Source: an uncultured Methylomirabilota bacterium (GTDB lineage Bacteria > Methylomirabilota > Methylomirabilia > Methylomirabilales > 2-02-FULL-66-22). From it: a stretch of 64,000 nucleotides of DNA. Made by a program: the position numbers and the translations under genes. Below, one piece after another: positions 11,301-21,920 of this stretch (positions are counted from its first letter, which is position 1; each line of letters begins with the position of its first letter). The stretch lies in the NCBI GenBank assembly GCA_963845565.1, contig CAWJSJ010000002.1:2560001-2624000 (forward strand), in the 5' to 3' direction. Below the pieces are notes generated by a model. That model saw nothing but the letters and a program-made list of their open reading frames with translations. It was not told the DNA's origin and did not search any database.

Positions 11301-11954
11301 CAGCTGCTTGTAGCGCTCGGCCTTGTTGGCCTGCCGCTTCAGCGAATTCCGCTGACGCTCGACCTCGGCGATCACGTCCCGGATGCGGAGGAGGTTCTGT
11401 TCGGTCGCCTCGAGCTTGCTTCCCGCCGCCCGTCGCTTGGTCTTGTACTTCATGATGCCCGCGGCCTCCTCGATGAGGACGCGGCGGTCCGCGGGACGGG
11501 CGTTGACGACGTTGCCGATGCTGCCTTGCTCGATCAGGGCGTAGGGCTCGCCCGCCAGGCCCGTGTCGATGAACAAGTCCGTGATGTCGCGCAGGCGGCA
11601 GGGGACCTTGTTGAGCAGATACTCGCTTTCTCCGGACCGGTAGAGGCGGCGGGTCACGTTCACTTCTTCGTATTCGGTCGGAAGGGCGTCGCCGGCCCGC
11701 GTGAAGGTCAGCGAGACTTCGGCCAAGCCGAGCGGTTTGCGCCGGCCGTTTCCCGCGAAGATGAGATCGTCCATCCGGTCGCCGCGCAAGAGCTTGGCGC
11801 TCTGTTCCCCCAGTGCCCAGCGGATGGCATCGGAGACGTTGCTCTTTCCGCACCCGTTGGGCCCGACGACGACGGTGACCCCGGGCTCGAACGACAGGTC
11901 GACCTTGTCTGCGAATGACTTAAAGCCGAACAGGGAAATCTTCGTGAGATGCAT
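8340..11954 (-). CDS. smc: Chromosome segregation protein SMC
   Basis: [14 protein letters not shown] Walker A, long coiled coils and hinge, [14 protein letters not shown]. Confidence 0.98.
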   Translation of the reverse strand: MHLTKISLFGFKSFADKVDLSFEPGVTVVVGPNGCGKSNVSDAIRWALGEQSAKLLRGDRMDDLIFAGNGRRKPLGLAEVSLTFTRAGDALPTEYEEVNVTRRLYRSGESEYLLNKVPCRLRDITDLFIDTGLAGEPYALIEQGSIGNVVNARPADRRVLIEEAAGIMKYKTKRRAAGSKLEATEQNLLRIRDVIAEVERQRNSLKRQANKAERYKQLDVRATELKLFLRFKEHAALWEEFQALLGRLGPAQQILTGVRAGIGSTEASLEERRLQALGEEQAVTLAQEALFRVRSHIDHDEAELRNLGQQIEDADRRTAEMQATLTALGETAQRLIAAIETGSTAVAEQEREVAALEHALEEQGLALRETERILAAAVAGLDQLRHQATHQSGQLSLKRNELATLLERNRQMTAQAERLRLQQAEAASQREGAEASSTAEETRRHETTERQHRALADREAAQLEAARAREARRHLEAEIAGLVADVERQRGRLGSLRELRLEFADFSEGNKLLLQAGRDRRVRGILGPLAEVLETAPRHEKALEAILGTHLQGVRVQTWAEAHEALAHLFRAGLGRATLVGPMPTGDGTWGHTFREDLAARLAELPKELLGRVEGMALDLLKSPEGTQPWLIHLLADAVIVNDLDTALAVARELTGPFTLATLAGEVLTHRGTLVGGTPAPQGLLAQRRELRELEEALAISEVGLSGLREALAIVSDDVAHAERAVETAAMAERQAELDLLAIEKDLAARRAEERRLSQQLELFGIELQTVEADLARIERETNGLRATLAEGETRVAELHAGIVGREREVTELREQREDAASHMNDQRVTLASRAARRDETLRDLLRMRQELQAGEDQVAHLIREVEELGARRAGREAERGELQARLTVLHRDEEERQAALLGAQEARATGQEAIATLEEALRTKRREETELAAEVAALETRRSELKATITLLEQDLAENHGLGTAELRERFAAVVTDAEAARAELEELRTKLAELGPANLGALEEYQALCQRYEFLTTQAEDLTRSVASLRQAIGEINKTIQALFLSTLEAVNQQFDHFWRRLIGGGSAQLKLVEPLKADGDDATPVDEEPGVEMLVRFPGKRPTVLSLLSGGERALAALSLLLALFAVRPSPFCVLDEVDAPLDDANVERFVGLLREMSQQSQFIAVTHNKRTMESADILYGITMEEEGVSKVMSVRMKAAA

Positions 11955-12017
11955 ATCGAGACATCCACCTTTGGATTGGGAGTTCACCGGGTAGAGAAAC
12001 CCCTCGAATCGGCACGA

Positions 12018-12047
12018 ACGCTATCACGGCGCGGAACGCGGTGTCAA
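12018..12047 (-). promoter_or_regulatory. Putative sigma70 promoter of smc-ftsY
   Basis: TTGACA-18 nt-TAGCGT on the minus strand. Confidence 0.5.
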
Positions 12048-12088
12048 GCCGGAAAAGTACAATCTTTAGGGGTCGGATCCCCGAGGTG

Positions 12089-12817
12089 CTACGAGATGTT
12101 GTGGCCGCTCTCCTGAGGTTCTCCAAGCAGTTCCAGGGCCAACCGGGCGGCGTGCTGCTCGGCGGCCTGCCGGTTGCCGCCCTCCGCCTCCACCCGAACC
12201 TCCCCCTGGGGGCCCTGGACCGTGAGGGCGACTCGGAATGTTGGTTGGTGGGACGGACCCCGCCGTTCGATGAGCCGGTAGGAGGGGAGTTTCCCCTGAG
12301 CGGCCAGGGTTCGCATCTGCAGCGACGACTTGGCGTCGACGACGGGGAGTGGGGCGATCCCGGCAGCCGGGGCGGTGACCCGCACGGCCAGGGCGCACAC
12401 GGCCTCGAACCCTCCGTCCTCCACGACGGCACCCAGGACCGCCTCCAAGAGCTCGGCCAGGACGCGCTGGCTCGGTCCGTCGGGTGCGAGACTCGGGATC
12501 GGCAGGCCCAACCGTCGGGCCAGACGGGCCAGACCGGCCCGGCTGGACCAGGCGGACCGAACGCGCGTGAGATCGCCCGGCGCGGCCTGGGGGTGGGACC
12601 GAAAGACCGCCAGGGCCACGGCGAAATTCCACGCCGCGTCCCCCAGGAACTCGAGCCGCTGACGCGCCGCCGCGACCGCCGGCGTGAGCGGCTGCTTCAG
12701 CGCGCTGAGGGCAAGCGCGAGCAGGGCCGGCTCTCGAAATCGATACCCCAGCGATTCCTGGAGCGGCGCGAGGCATTCCTCGGCAGCCACGCACGGTTCG
12801 GAATCCACACGATCCAT
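12089..12817 (-). CDS. rnc: Ribonuclease III (divergent)
   Basis: QRLEFLGDA signature, LAELLEAVLGA, C-terminal dsRBD (DAKSSLQ...GPSHQPTF...AEQHAA); upstream of smc. Confidence 0.88.
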   Translation of the reverse strand: MDRVDSEPCVAAEECLAPLQESLGYRFREPALLALALSALKQPLTPAVAAARQRLEFLGDAAWNFAVALAVFRSHPQAAPGDLTRVRSAWSSRAGLARLARRLGLPIPSLAPDGPSQRVLAELLEAVLGAVVEDGGFEAVCALAVRVTAPAAGIAPLPVVDAKSSLQMRTLAAQGKLPSYRLIERRGPSHQPTFRVALTVQGPQGEVRVEAEGGNRQAAEQHAARLALELLGEPQESGHNIS

Positions 12818-12861
12818 TCCGCCTCCACAGGAGGCCGCACGGTATGGGGCGAGCCGATGGT

Positions 12862-13140
12862 TCAGGCGATCGCGTCGGAGGTCGGATTCGAGTCCAGACG
12901 CCGTTGCAGCGCCAGGACGTCGCCGCCGATCTCTTCCGCGAGTCGGTAGAACGGCCCGATGTCCTCGACGTCCAGCGACGCGTTCCGCCCGAACTGCTGC
13001 AGGCCGAACAGGCCGAACTCCAGCAGCTTGAGTTTCTGGAGAATGGGTTCCAGCGCATCCGGACACAAGGGCGAGATGGCCGCAGGCTGGGACGGGGCGA
13101 GGGCGGGACCCGGTTCCTGTCCTGCCGATTTCGTATTCAT
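12862..13140 (-). CDS. Hypothetical protein
   Basis: Protein-like helical composition (LEPILQKLKLLEFGLFGLQQF), same strand as rnc; no family recognised. Confidence 0.45.
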   Translation of the reverse strand: MNTKSAGQEPGPALAPSQPAAISPLCPDALEPILQKLKLLEFGLFGLQQFGRNASLDVEDIGPFYRLAEEIGGDVLALQRRLDSNPTSDAIA

Positions 13141-13351
13141 GCGGGAAGGTCCTTTCGACGGCGCGCGCCGCGCCGAGTCTGCACCGAAGATGCGAGCCTC
13201 GCGTCCCTGGGTTACGCGGGGTGCGTCCAGCATACACCGAGACGGCGTGTTTGCGCCATCCCGTCTTCGCCGTCACGTCCGTCACGTGATGCCGTGTGTC
13301 CTCCCCGTGTCCGCGCCGCGCGCCGCCGATGGCCGGCGGGGGACAAAACCC

Positions 13352-13381
13352 TTGACAGGGTTTGGGTTAGCCTTCTAGACT
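13352..13381 (+). promoter_or_regulatory. Putative sigma70 promoter of trxA (possibly trxA-trp)
   Basis: TTGACA-18 nt-TAGACT, then GGAGGT RBS before ATG 13412. Confidence 0.65.
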
Positions 13382-13411
13382 CCGCCCGTTTCCTCGTGGT
13401 GCGGAGGTGAT

Positions 13412-13747
13412 ATGGCAAATCCTGAGATCCTGACGCTGACCGACGCCAATTTCGACGCGCAAGCCAAGGCCAACCCCAACCTCCTCGTGGACTTCTGGGC
13501 GGAATGGTGCGGACCGTGCCGCGCGATCGCGCCGGTGCTGGATGAGTTGGCGGGGGAGTACAAAGGACGGCTGGCCGTGGGCAAGGTGAACGTGGACGAG
13601 AACCGCCAAGTGGCGGCGCGCTTCGGCATCCGGAGCATCCCCACCATGCTGCTGCTGCGCGACGGGGTCCGCGCGGAGCAAATCGTGGGGGCCCACCCCA
13701 AGGCCACGATCAAGTCCAAGCTGGATCAATTCTTGAGCGCCAAGTGA
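13412..13747 (+). CDS. trxA: Thioredoxin
   Basis: DFWAEWCGPC, IRSIPT. Confidence 0.97.
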   Translation: MANPEILTLTDANFDAQAKANPNLLVDFWAEWCGPCRAIAPVLDELAGEYKGRLAVGKVNVDENRQVAARFGIRSIPTMLLLRDGVRAEQIVGAHPKATIKSKLDQFLSAK

Positions 13748-13763
13748 GCGATCGGCGGCGTCC

Positions 13764-13910
13764 ATGATTCGCACCCTGCACACCTGCCCAGGTCTCATCC
13801 CGTCTCATCGCTGGTGACCCTCAGCCTGCGGTTCGGCTGTCTTCGGTCGTGTCTACTCCCCTGTCGAACCGTCGACTCCCGCAGATGATCCACCCTGCGG
13901 GGTCGGCGCC
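13764..13910 (+). promoter_or_regulatory. Candidate trp attenuator: leader peptide MIRTLHTCPGLIPSHRW (13764-13817) plus alternative hairpins
   Basis: Short ORF ending TGG-TGA directly upstream of trpE; mutually exclusive stems downstream. Confidence 0.5.
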
Positions 13911-13937
13911 AACCGCCAACCTGGACGAGGCGGCATC

Positions 13938-15425
13938 GTGTACACCCCAAGCTTGGAGCAGTTTCGTCAACTCGCGACGCAGGGCAATCTGATTCCCGTG
14001 GCTCGGCAGATCCTGGCGGACATGGAGACGCCCGTCTCCGCATTCCGCAAGATCGACAGCGGCAACTACGCGTTCCTCCTGGAGAGCGTGGAAGGCGGAG
14101 AGCAGTGGGGGCGGTACAGTTTTCTGGGGAGCAATCCCAGCCTGGTCGCGCGGGTGCACGGGTCGCGGGTCGAGATCCTGCGTGGGGAAGGCCGCGAGGT
14201 CTTGGCGGGCGTCCACGACCCCTTCACGGCCTTGCGGTCGCTCTTGAAGGACTACCGTCCCGTGACGGTCCCGGGTCTCCCCCGTTTCACGGGAGGGCTG
14301 GTCGGCTACCTCGGGTATGACGCCGTGCGCCATCTGGAGCGGCTTCCCAGCACGGCACGCACGGACCTCGACCTGCCGGACGCGCTCTTCCTCCTGACCG
14401 ACACGCTGCTGATCTTCGACAACGTGACGCACCGGATCACGGTGGTGTCGAACGCGTTCGTGCGCGAGACGAGCGGATCCGGGATCGAACAGGCCTACCG
14501 GGAATCGCAGCAGAAGATCGACGCCATCGTCGCCTCCCTGCGGCGCCCGGTCGGCGCCCCGGCCGGTGTTGCGGGACCGTCTGCGGCCGGGGAGCCCGTC
14601 TCGACCTTCACCCGGCCGGCCTTTTGCGATGCGGTGAGACAGGCCAAGGCCTACATCGAGGCGGGCGATATCATCCAGGCGGTGCTCTCGCAGCGACTGG
14701 CGGTTCGGACGGGCGCCGACCCCTTCGACGTCTACCGGGCTCTCCGCGTCGTGAATCCGTCCCCGTACATGTACTACCTGCGGCTGGGGGACCTCAAGAT
14801 CGTCGGCAGTTCGCCCGAGATGCTGGTCCGGCTGGAGGGCGAGCGCATCGATCTCCGGCCCATCGCCGGCACGCGACCCCGCGGGGCGACGGAGGACGAG
14901 GACCGAAGACTGGCCGAGGAGTTGCTCGCCGATCCGAAGGAGCGCGCCGAGCACATCATGCTGGTGGACCTGGGCCGAAACGACGTGGGAAAGGTCGCAC
15001 AAACCGGCAGCGTGACGGTGCCGGCCCTGATGACGGTGGAGCGATATTCGCACGTCATGCACCTCGTCTCCCACGTGCGGGGACTGGTGGAGCCCGGCCG
15101 GAGCGCCTTCGACGTCCTCGGTGCCTGCTTTCCCGCCGGGACCGTCACCGGCGCGCCCAAGGTCCGCGCCATGGAGATCGTGGAGGAACTGGAGCCGGTC
15201 CGTCGCGGTCCCTACGCGGGGGCGGTGGGTTACGTGAGCTTCACCGGCAACCTGGACACCTGTATCACCATCCGGACGATCCTTTTCTGGCGCGGGCTGG
15301 CCATGATCCAGGCGGGGGCGGGGATCGTGGCGGACTCCGACCCGGAACGGGAATACGACGAGACGATGAACAAGGCGCGCGGCATGCGGCGTGCGATCGA
15401 GTTGGCGGAGACGGGGCTGGACTAA
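13938..15425 (+). CDS. trpE: Anthranilate synthase component I
   Basis: LLESVEGGEQWGRYS, NPSPYM, KERAEHIMLVDLGRND, FPAGTVTGAPK. Confidence 0.97.
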   Translation: MYTPSLEQFRQLATQGNLIPVARQILADMETPVSAFRKIDSGNYAFLLESVEGGEQWGRYSFLGSNPSLVARVHGSRVEILRGEGREVLAGVHDPFTALRSLLKDYRPVTVPGLPRFTGGLVGYLGYDAVRHLERLPSTARTDLDLPDALFLLTDTLLIFDNVTHRITVVSNAFVRETSGSGIEQAYRESQQKIDAIVASLRRPVGAPAGVAGPSAAGEPVSTFTRPAFCDAVRQAKAYIEAGDIIQAVLSQRLAVRTGADPFDVYRALRVVNPSPYMYYLRLGDLKIVGSSPEMLVRLEGERIDLRPIAGTRPRGATEDEDRRLAEELLADPKERAEHIMLVDLGRNDVGKVAQTGSVTVPALMTVERYSHVMHLVSHVRGLVEPGRSAFDVLGACFPAGTVTGAPKVRAMEIVEELEPVRRGPYAGAVGYVSFTGNLDTCITIRTILFWRGLAMIQAGAGIVADSDPEREYDETMNKARGMRRAIELAETGLD

Positions 15426-15433
15426 CGGAAGAA

Positions 15434-15525
15434 CAGTTCGGCAGTTCGATAGTTCGGAGGTTCGTTAGTTCGTGCCACGGTACTGCCGAACCGCCGAACC
15501 GTCGAACCGTCGAACTACCGCACCG
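15434..15525. repeat. Inverted arrays of 8-nt tandem units (NNGTTCGN x5 ... NCGAACNN x4-5)
   Basis: CAGTTCGG CAGTTCGA TAGTTCGG AGGTTCGT TAGTTCGT then CCGAACCG CCGAACCG TCGAACCG TCGAACTA. Confidence 0.8.
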
Positions 15526-15534
15526 AGGTGTCTC

Positions 15535-16122
15535 ATGCTGCTCGTCATCGACAACTACGATTCGTTCACGTATAACCTCGTCCAGTACCTCCGGGAGCTG
15601 GGCGCGGAGGTGGCGGTGCATCGGAACGACCGCATCACCCTCGACGAGATCCGGGTCCTGCAGCCGGAACAGATTGTCCTCTCGCCCGGGCCCTGTTCGC
15701 CCGCGGAGGCGGGGATCTGCTGCGACATCATTCGCGCGTTCGGCGCCAGCCTGCCGCTCCTCGGGGTCTGTCTCGGCCACCAGTGCATCGGGGCCGCGTA
15801 CGGCGGGCGGATCGTCCGGGCCGCCCGGCTGATGCATGGCAAGACCTCGCCGATCCGCCACGACGGCCTGGGGGTGTTCCGGGGGCTCCCCAACCCCTTC
15901 GACGCGACCCGCTACCACTCGCTGCTCATCGAGCGGGAGACGCTGCCCGACTGTTTAACGGTGTCGGCGGAGACGGCCGAAGGGGAGATCATGGGCGTGC
16001 GTCACCGCGCGCACCCAGTGTGCGGGGTGCAATTCCACCCCGAGTCCATCCTGACGCCGGCAGGGAAGGGGCTCTTGGCGAATTTTCTGGAGCGCCCCTC
16101 GGCCGCGGAGGCACGCCGATGA
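15535..16122 (+). CDS. trpG: Anthranilate synthase component II (glutamine amidotransferase)
   Basis: [28 protein letters not shown]. Confidence 0.96.
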   Translation: MLLVIDNYDSFTYNLVQYLRELGAEVAVHRNDRITLDEIRVLQPEQIVLSPGPCSPAEAGICCDIIRAFGASLPLLGVCLGHQCIGAAYGGRIVRAARLMHGKTSPIRHDGLGVFRGLPNPFDATRYHSLLIERETLPDCLTVSAETAEGEIMGVRHRAHPVCGVQFHPESILTPAGKGLLANFLERPSAAEARR

Positions 16123-17162
16123 TCGTCGAGGCGATTCACAAGGTCGTGGACCGGATAGATCTGACCCGGGACGAGGCGTTTGCCGTCATGGACGCCATCA
16201 TGTCCGGCCACGCGACGGATGCCCAGATCGCCGCGTTTCTGGTGGCGCTGCGGATGAAGGGAGAGACCGTCGAGGAGTTGATCGGGTTCGCGCGCGTGAT
16301 GCGGGATAAGGTCTCTCCGGTCAAGACCCGAGCCCGGGTGCAGACGTCGCTGTCGGGGACCGACCGGGAGATGCTGGTGGACACCTGCGGGACCGGGGGT
16401 GATGCGACCGGGACCTTCAACGTCTCCACGGCGACCGCCTTTGTGGTGGCGGGCGCGGGAGTCCCGGTGGCGAAGCACGGCAACCGGTCGGTGAGCAGCC
16501 TGTGCGGCAGCGCGGACGTCGTGGAGGCTCTCGGCGTGCGGCTGGACCTGCCCCCCGAGCGGGTGGGACGGTGTGTGGACGAGATCGGGATCGGATTCTG
16601 CTATGCGCCGCTGCTCCACAGGGCCATGAAGTTCGTCATGCTCGCGCGCCGGGAGATCCGTATCCGCACGGTCTTCAACATCCTCGGGCCCTTGACCAAC
16701 CCGGCCCGCGCGATGGCACAGGTTATCGGGGTGTACGACGGCGCCCTGGCGCCGGTGATGGCCCAGGTCCTCAAGGAGCTCGGGGCGGTCCGCGCCTTCG
16801 TGGTGCACGGGGAGGACGGGCTGGACGAGCTGTCGATCACCGGGCCGAGCCAGGTCGCGGAACTGCACGAGGGCCAGATCCACTGCTACACGGTCCGCCC
16901 CGAAGATTTTGGCTTGTCCCGGGCGGCCATGGCCGACCTGCAGGGCGGGAGCGCGGCGGACAATGCGGAGATCATCCGCCGGATCCTGTCGGGGGAGCGC
17001 GGCCCCAAGCGCGACATCGTGCTCCTGAACGCGGGGGCCGCCATCGCCGCTGGCGGCCGGGCAGCGAACATCGCCGAGGGGATCGCACTGGCCGGGGAGG
17101 CCATCGACAGCGGCGCGGCCCGGGAGCGGCTGGAGCGGCTGATCGAATACTGCCGACACTGA
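16119..17162 (+). CDS. trpD: Anthranilate phosphoribosyltransferase
   Basis: [28 protein letters not shown]. Confidence 0.97.
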   Translation: MIVEAIHKVVDRIDLTRDEAFAVMDAIMSGHATDAQIAAFLVALRMKGETVEELIGFARVMRDKVSPVKTRARVQTSLSGTDREMLVDTCGTGGDATGTFNVSTATAFVVAGAGVPVAKHGNRSVSSLCGSADVVEALGVRLDLPPERVGRCVDEIGIGFCYAPLLHRAMKFVMLARREIRIRTVFNILGPLTNPARAMAQVIGVYDGALAPVMAQVLKELGAVRAFVVHGEDGLDELSITGPSQVAELHEGQIHCYTVRPEDFGLSRAAMADLQGGSAADNAEIIRRILSGERGPKRDIVLLNAGAAIAAGGRAANIAEGIALAGEAIDSGAARERLERLIEYCRH

Positions 17163-17204
17163 GGACGACGCGCCGGGACCGACCCGACGCGGGATCGGCA
17201 TCGC

Positions 17205-18011
17205 ATGAGCATCCTGGAGACCATTCTCAGCCGGACGCGGTCCGACCTGGCGGACCGGCGCGTGCGCGTGCCGCTCGCCGAGATCCAGGCCCGGTGCCGG
17301 GACCGCGCCCCCGCGCGGGATTTCCGCCGCGCGGTGCGACGGGAGGCGGGACAGGACACGCGTCGCCGGGGTGCCCTGCGCGTCATTGCCGAGATCAAAC
17401 AGGCCTCTCCGTCGCGCGGCGTGATCCGGCCCGGGTTCGATCCGGTCGCCCTGGCGCGGGCCTATGGTGCGGCCGGCGCGCAGGCGATCTCCGTGCTGAC
17501 CGACGCCCCGTTCTTTCAGGGGAGCCTGGACCACCTCGCCGCCGTGCGTGACGCCGTCGAGGTGCCGCTGCTCCGCAAGGACTTTCACGTGGACCCCTAC
17601 CAGGTCTGGGAGGCGCGGGCGGCCGGGGCGGATGCGGTCCTGCTGATCGTGGCGGCGCTGCCGGCCGGGCAGCTCCAGGACCTGCTGGGACTCAGCCGCG
17701 AGCTGGGCCTCGGGGTCCTGGTCGAGGTCCACACCTGGCCGGAGTTGGACGTCGCGATGGCGTCCGGCGCGGATCTGATCGGGATCAACAACCGGGACCT
17801 GCAGCGGTTCGTCGTCTCGCTGGAGACGACGTTCGCGCTCCTCCCGCTGGTGCCGGCCGCGACCGTCCTGGTGAGCGAGAGCGGCATCACCGAGCCCGCG
17901 CAGGTCGCCCGGCTGACTGCCGCCGGGGCGGACGCCATCCTGGTCGGCGAGGGTCTGCTGCGTCATCCCGATGTGGGCGAGGCGCTCCGGCGGCTCCGCG
18001 ACACGCCATGA
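17205..18011 (+). CDS. trpC: Indole-3-glycerol phosphate synthase
   Basis: IAEIKQASPSRG, ISVLTD, LRKDF, GINNRDL, SESGI. Confidence 0.97.
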   Translation: MSILETILSRTRSDLADRRVRVPLAEIQARCRDRAPARDFRRAVRREAGQDTRRRGALRVIAEIKQASPSRGVIRPGFDPVALARAYGAAGAQAISVLTDAPFFQGSLDHLAAVRDAVEVPLLRKDFHVDPYQVWEARAAGADAVLLIVAALPAGQLQDLLGLSRELGLGVLVEVHTWPELDVAMASGADLIGINNRDLQRFVVSLETTFALLPLVPAATVLVSESGITEPAQVARLTAAGADAILVGEGLLRHPDVGEALRRLRDTP

Positions 18012-18628
18012 CGCGCGTCAAGATCTGCGGCATCACCTCCCCCGAGGACGCCGCCGCCGCCGTCGAGGCCGGGGCGGATGCGGTGGGATTGGTCTTCGTC
18101 CCCGGGACCCCGCGCGTCGTAACGCCGGAGCGCGCAGCGCTCATCGTCGAGCGGCTCCCCCCCTTGGTGGCGACGGTGGGGGTCTTCGTGGATCGGCCAT
18201 TAGCGGAGGTATGCCGAATCGTCGCGCTGCTGCGGCTCAGTGCGGTCCAGCTGCACGGCCACGAGGACGAGGCATTCAGCCGCGGCGTGCCCGTCCCCGT
18301 GATCCGGGCGCTGCGGGTGCGGGACGCGGCCAGCCTGCAGCCGCTGGCCGGCTACCCGGCCCACGCGTTCCTGCTGGACGCGTACGTCGAGGGGCAGCCG
18401 GGCGGGACGGGGCGGGCCATTCCATGGGGGTTGGCGCTGGAGGCCAAGGGGACGCGGCCCATCATCCTCTCGGGGGGGCTGCGCCCCGAGACGGTGGCCG
18501 AGGCCGTCCGGTTCGTCCGCCCCTACGGCGTCGACGTGAGCAGCGGTGTCGAGCATTCCCCCGGACGGAAGGATCACCGGAAAGTGAGGGAGTTCATTGT
18601 CAACGTCCGCCAAGCCGATCTCGGTTGA
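18008..18628 (+). CDS. trpF: Phosphoribosylanthranilate isomerase
   Basis: [26 protein letters not shown]. Confidence 0.97.
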   Translation: MTRVKICGITSPEDAAAAVEAGADAVGLVFVPGTPRVVTPERAALIVERLPPLVATVGVFVDRPLAEVCRIVALLRLSAVQLHGHEDEAFSRGVPVPVIRALRVRDAASLQPLAGYPAHAFLLDAYVEGQPGGTGRAIPWGLALEAKGTRPIILSGGLRPETVAEAVRFVRPYGVDVSSGVEHSPGRKDHRKVREFIVNVRQADLG

Positions 18629-19841
18629 CCGGTCCGACAGCTCACCCCCCGACGCCCTCGGCCACTTCGGGCCCTACGGCGGGCGCTACGTGCCCGAGAC
18701 CCTCATGGCCGCGCTGGAGGCGCTGACGGCGGGGTACGAGGCTGCCCGGACGGATCCGCAGTTCCAGGAAGAGCTCGCGTCGACGCTCCGCCATTACGTG
18801 GGACGCCCCACGCCGCTCTACTTCGCCCGTCGCCTGAGCGAGCGGCTCGGCGGCCCCCGGATCTACCTGAAGCGCGAGGACCTCTGTCACACCGGCGCCC
18901 ACAAGATCAATAACACCGTGGGACAGATCCTCCTGGCGCGACGCCTCGGCAAGGCGCGGGTGATCGCCGAGACGGGGGCGGGGCAGCATGGGGTGGCGAC
19001 GGCCACCGTGGCGGCGCTCCTCGGACTCCGGTGCGAGGTCTATATGGGCACCGAGGACATGCGGCGCCAGGCCCTCAACGTGGTCCGGATGCGCCTGCTG
19101 GGGGCCACGGTCACGGGGGTGGATTCCGGCAGCCGCACCCTGAAGGACGCCATCAACGAGGCCATGCGCGACTGGGTCACCAACGTGGACACCACGCACT
19201 ACGTGCTGGGCTCCGTGCTCGGGGCGGACCCCTACCCCCGCATGGTGCGAGACTTCCAGGCCATCATCGGAGACGAGGCACGCCGCCAGATCCTGGAAGC
19301 CGAAGGGCGGCTGCCGGATTGCCTGGTGGCCTGCGTGGGCGGCGGAAGCAACTCCATCGGGCTGTTCTTCCGGTTCCTCGGCGATGCGGGGGTGCGCATG
19401 ATCGGCGTCGAGGCGGGCGGACTGGGGATCGCATCGGGCCGGCATGCGGCGCGTTTTGCGGAGAAGACCGTGGGCATCCTCCACGGGACGCGCAGCTACC
19501 TGCTCCAGGATCCGGACGGGCAGATCCGGGTCACGCACTCCATCTCGGCCGGGCTGGACTACTCCGGCGTGGGGCCCGAACACGCCTATCACCACGACGC
19601 GGGCCGCATCGAGTACACGGCGGTGACGGACGCGGAGGCGCTGGCGGGATTCCGGCTCCTCTGCGAGACGGAAGGGATCATTCCGGCCCTGGAATCGGCT
19701 CACGCGGTCGCCCACCTGACGACGATGGCGCGGGAGTTCTCGCCCCGCCAGGTGGTCGTTCTCAACCTGTCCGGGCGCGGCGACAAGGACGTCGAGGTAG
19801 CCGCCGCCGCGCTTGGCCTCGGCGCGGGAGGTGCCGCGTGA
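18597..19841 (+). CDS. trpB: Tryptophan synthase beta chain
   Basis: [39 protein letters not shown]; exact start uncertain. Confidence 0.97.
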   Translation: MSTSAKPISVDRSDSSPPDALGHFGPYGGRYVPETLMAALEALTAGYEAARTDPQFQEELASTLRHYVGRPTPLYFARRLSERLGGPRIYLKREDLCHTGAHKINNTVGQILLARRLGKARVIAETGAGQHGVATATVAALLGLRCEVYMGTEDMRRQALNVVRMRLLGATVTGVDSGSRTLKDAINEAMRDWVTNVDTTHYVLGSVLGADPYPRMVRDFQAIIGDEARRQILEAEGRLPDCLVACVGGGSNSIGLFFRFLGDAGVRMIGVEAGGLGIASGRHAARFAEKTVGILHGTRSYLLQDPDGQIRVTHSISAGLDYSGVGPEHAYHHDAGRIEYTAVTDAEALAGFRLLCETEGIIPALESAHAVAHLTTMAREFSPRQVVVLNLSGRGDKDVEVAAAALGLGAGGAA

Positions 19842-20638
19842 ATCGCAACCGGATCGATCAAGTGTTCGCCCGGCTGAAGGCCCAGGGCCGGAAAGGCCTG
19901 ATTCCGTTCTTGGCGGCCGGCGATCCGTCGCTGGACGTCACGGAGGCCTTGGTCGGCGAGTTCGAGGCGCGCGGCGCGGATATCGTGGAGCTCGGCGTGC
20001 CGTTCTCTGATCCCCTGGCGGACGGTGTCGTGAACCAGCGGGCCTATCAGCGCGCGCTGCACGCCGGGATCAGCCTTCCCCGGATTCTCGAGTCCGTGTC
20101 GCGGATCCGCGCGCGCTCGGACATCCCCATTGTTCTCATGAGCTACATCAACCCCATTCACCGGTACGGGCTGCAACGATTCCCCTCGGCGGCGCGCGAC
20201 GCGGGCGTGGACGGCTTGATCGTGTCGGACTGTCCGCCGGAGGAGATGGGCGAACTGCACGTCGCCCTGACCGGAGCCGGGGTCCATCCGATCCTCCTGA
20301 TCGCCCCGACCAGCCCGGCCCGGCGAATTTCCTTGATTAGCGGGAAAAGCGCCGGATATATTTACTATGTATCGCTGCGCGGGGTGACGGGCCCACGCGA
20401 TCGCTTGCCGGAGGACTTGGCGGTCGGGGTCGGCCGAGTTCGGGTGCTGACGAAGGTTCCCTTGGCCGTTGGCTTCGGTATCTCGACCCCCGAACAGGCG
20501 CGTGCCGTCGCCGAGTTGGCCGACGCGGTGATCGTCGGGTCGGCACTGGTAGCCACCGTCGAGCGGTCGCTGGGCGCGCCCGATCTGGTGGCCCGCGCGG
20601 GCGAGTTCGTGGGGCGCCTCCGGTCGGCGATCGGATGA
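19838..20638 (+). CDS. trpA: Tryptophan synthase alpha chain
   Basis: [36 protein letters not shown] overlaps the trpB stop. Confidence 0.96.
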   Translation: MNRNRIDQVFARLKAQGRKGLIPFLAAGDPSLDVTEALVGEFEARGADIVELGVPFSDPLADGVVNQRAYQRALHAGISLPRILESVSRIRARSDIPIVLMSYINPIHRYGLQRFPSAARDAGVDGLIVSDCPPEEMGELHVALTGAGVHPILLIAPTSPARRISLISGKSAGYIYYVSLRGVTGPRDRLPEDLAVGVGRVRVLTKVPLAVGFGISTPEQARAVAELADAVIVGSALVATVERSLGAPDLVARAGEFVGRLRSAIG

Positions 20639-20835
20639 CGGGTCGCGCCGCCGCCTCCCGACTCCCCCCTTACACCAGGCGTCAGCGTCCAGCCAGACCG
20701 CATTCCTGAGTCGTCACAGCCTGGGGTGATCGCCCCGCGTGTACTCCATACGTCGATCTGTCTGCCCGGCGGTGCACCGAGGCGTCCAGGCGCCCCCGGA
20801 CATCGCGACGCAGAAGCCGAGGTGAGGCGCGCGTC

Positions 20836-21351
20836 ATGATCGGACATCTCCGCGGTCGACGGCGGGCGGGAGGCGAGGCGCGTGGATGCCGCGGCGTCAC
20901 CATCGTGGACCTGATCACGATCGGCGTCGTGCTGGCGATCCTGGCGGCGTTTGCCATCCCCGGGTTCAGCCCGGTGGTGCTGCAGTACCGATTGCGCGGT
21001 GCGGCGTGGCAGGTGGCGGGGGACCTGCGGCTGGCCCGCCAACGCGCGGTGACACTCAAGCAGCGGTTCCGGGTGTGTGCCACGAGTTGCGGAATCGCGG
21101 TCCCGGCGGGGGCGTACAGCGTCGAGCGCGACCAGGGAGCGCCGTCGAGCCCCCAGTGGGTCAGCGAGACCGGCGTCGCGACACGCCTTCCCCGGGACGT
21201 GACCGTGAGCGGCGCGGACACGCCGATCTTTGCGGCGAACGGGATGGCCAGCGGCGGCACGTTCACGCTCTCGAATCTCCGGGGGACGTATCAGATCAAG
21301 GTGGCGTCGACGGGGCGTGTCCGCGTGTGCGAGGGGACATGCGCACCGTGA
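20836..21351 (+). CDS. FimT/GspH-like minor pilin
   Basis: Class III signal RG|VTIVDLITIGVVLAILAAFAIP; DLRLARQRAV; C-terminal STGRVR. Confidence 0.85.
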   Translation: MIGHLRGRRRAGGEARGCRGVTIVDLITIGVVLAILAAFAIPGFSPVVLQYRLRGAAWQVAGDLRLARQRAVTLKQRFRVCATSCGIAVPAGAYSVERDQGAPSSPQWVSETGVATRLPRDVTVSGADTPIFAANGMASGGTFTLSNLRGTYQIKVASTGRVRVCEGTCAP

Positions 21352-21920
21352 GGACGCGCGGCCGGCCCGGCCCAGCGGGATTGACGCTGATCGAGTTCCT
21401 CTTTGCCACCTCGGTGATCGCCTTCGTCGGCCTCGGCGTCGCGGGGATGTTTCCGACCGCCTTTCGCTCGGTCCTGGTGGGCGGGCAGATCACGAAGGCC
21501 GCGACCCTGGCCCGATCCATGGCGGAGATGGTCCAGATGGAGCCCTTCGAGACGCTCGCCTGGACGCCGTCGGCGGGAACCCAGTACGCCGGGATCCACG
21601 CCTTCGACACGCGCAGCACATCCCAGGTGCCTCCCAATAGCGCGTGCCCGCCGTCCCTGGGCACGACCTACGACGGACGCAATTCGTACAACAAGCGCAA
21701 GTGGCGGTGCGACATGGAGGGGGAGGGCGCCCAGACCAGCGGGAAGGGTCTGCCGGGCGGATACGGGATCGTGTCCGTGGCCTGCGTCAACCCGGACGGC
21801 ACGGTGAACGGTACAACGCCGTGCCCGACCGACCTGCGGCGGATCGCCATCGAGGTGCGCTGGGACCGTGAGGGGTCGCGCGTCGTGAATGTGGTCACCC
21901 ATGTGCTCCGACCGCAATGA
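21339..21920 (+). CDS. PilV-like minor pilin
   Basis: AG|LTLIEFLFATSVIAFVGLGV prepilin motif; C-terminal LRRIAIEVRW. Confidence 0.8.
   Translation: MRTVRTRGRPGPAGLTLIEFLFATSVIAFVGLGVAGMFPTAFRSVLVGGQITKAATLARSMAEMVQMEPFETLAWTPSAGTQYAGIHAFDTRSTSQVPPNSACPPSLGTTYDGRNSYNKRKWRCDMEGEGAQTSGKGLPGGYGIVSVACVNPDGTVNGTTPCPTDLRRIAIEVRWDREGSRVVNVVTHVLRPQ

Noticed and set aside
7344..11918. 1524-aa plus-strand ORF and other long antisense ORFs (e.g. 2537-4126, 16002-17966, 28027-30543, 39229-41532, 57000-58595)
   Set aside because: Shadow frames opposite well-supported genes in high-GC DNA; no recognisable motifs.
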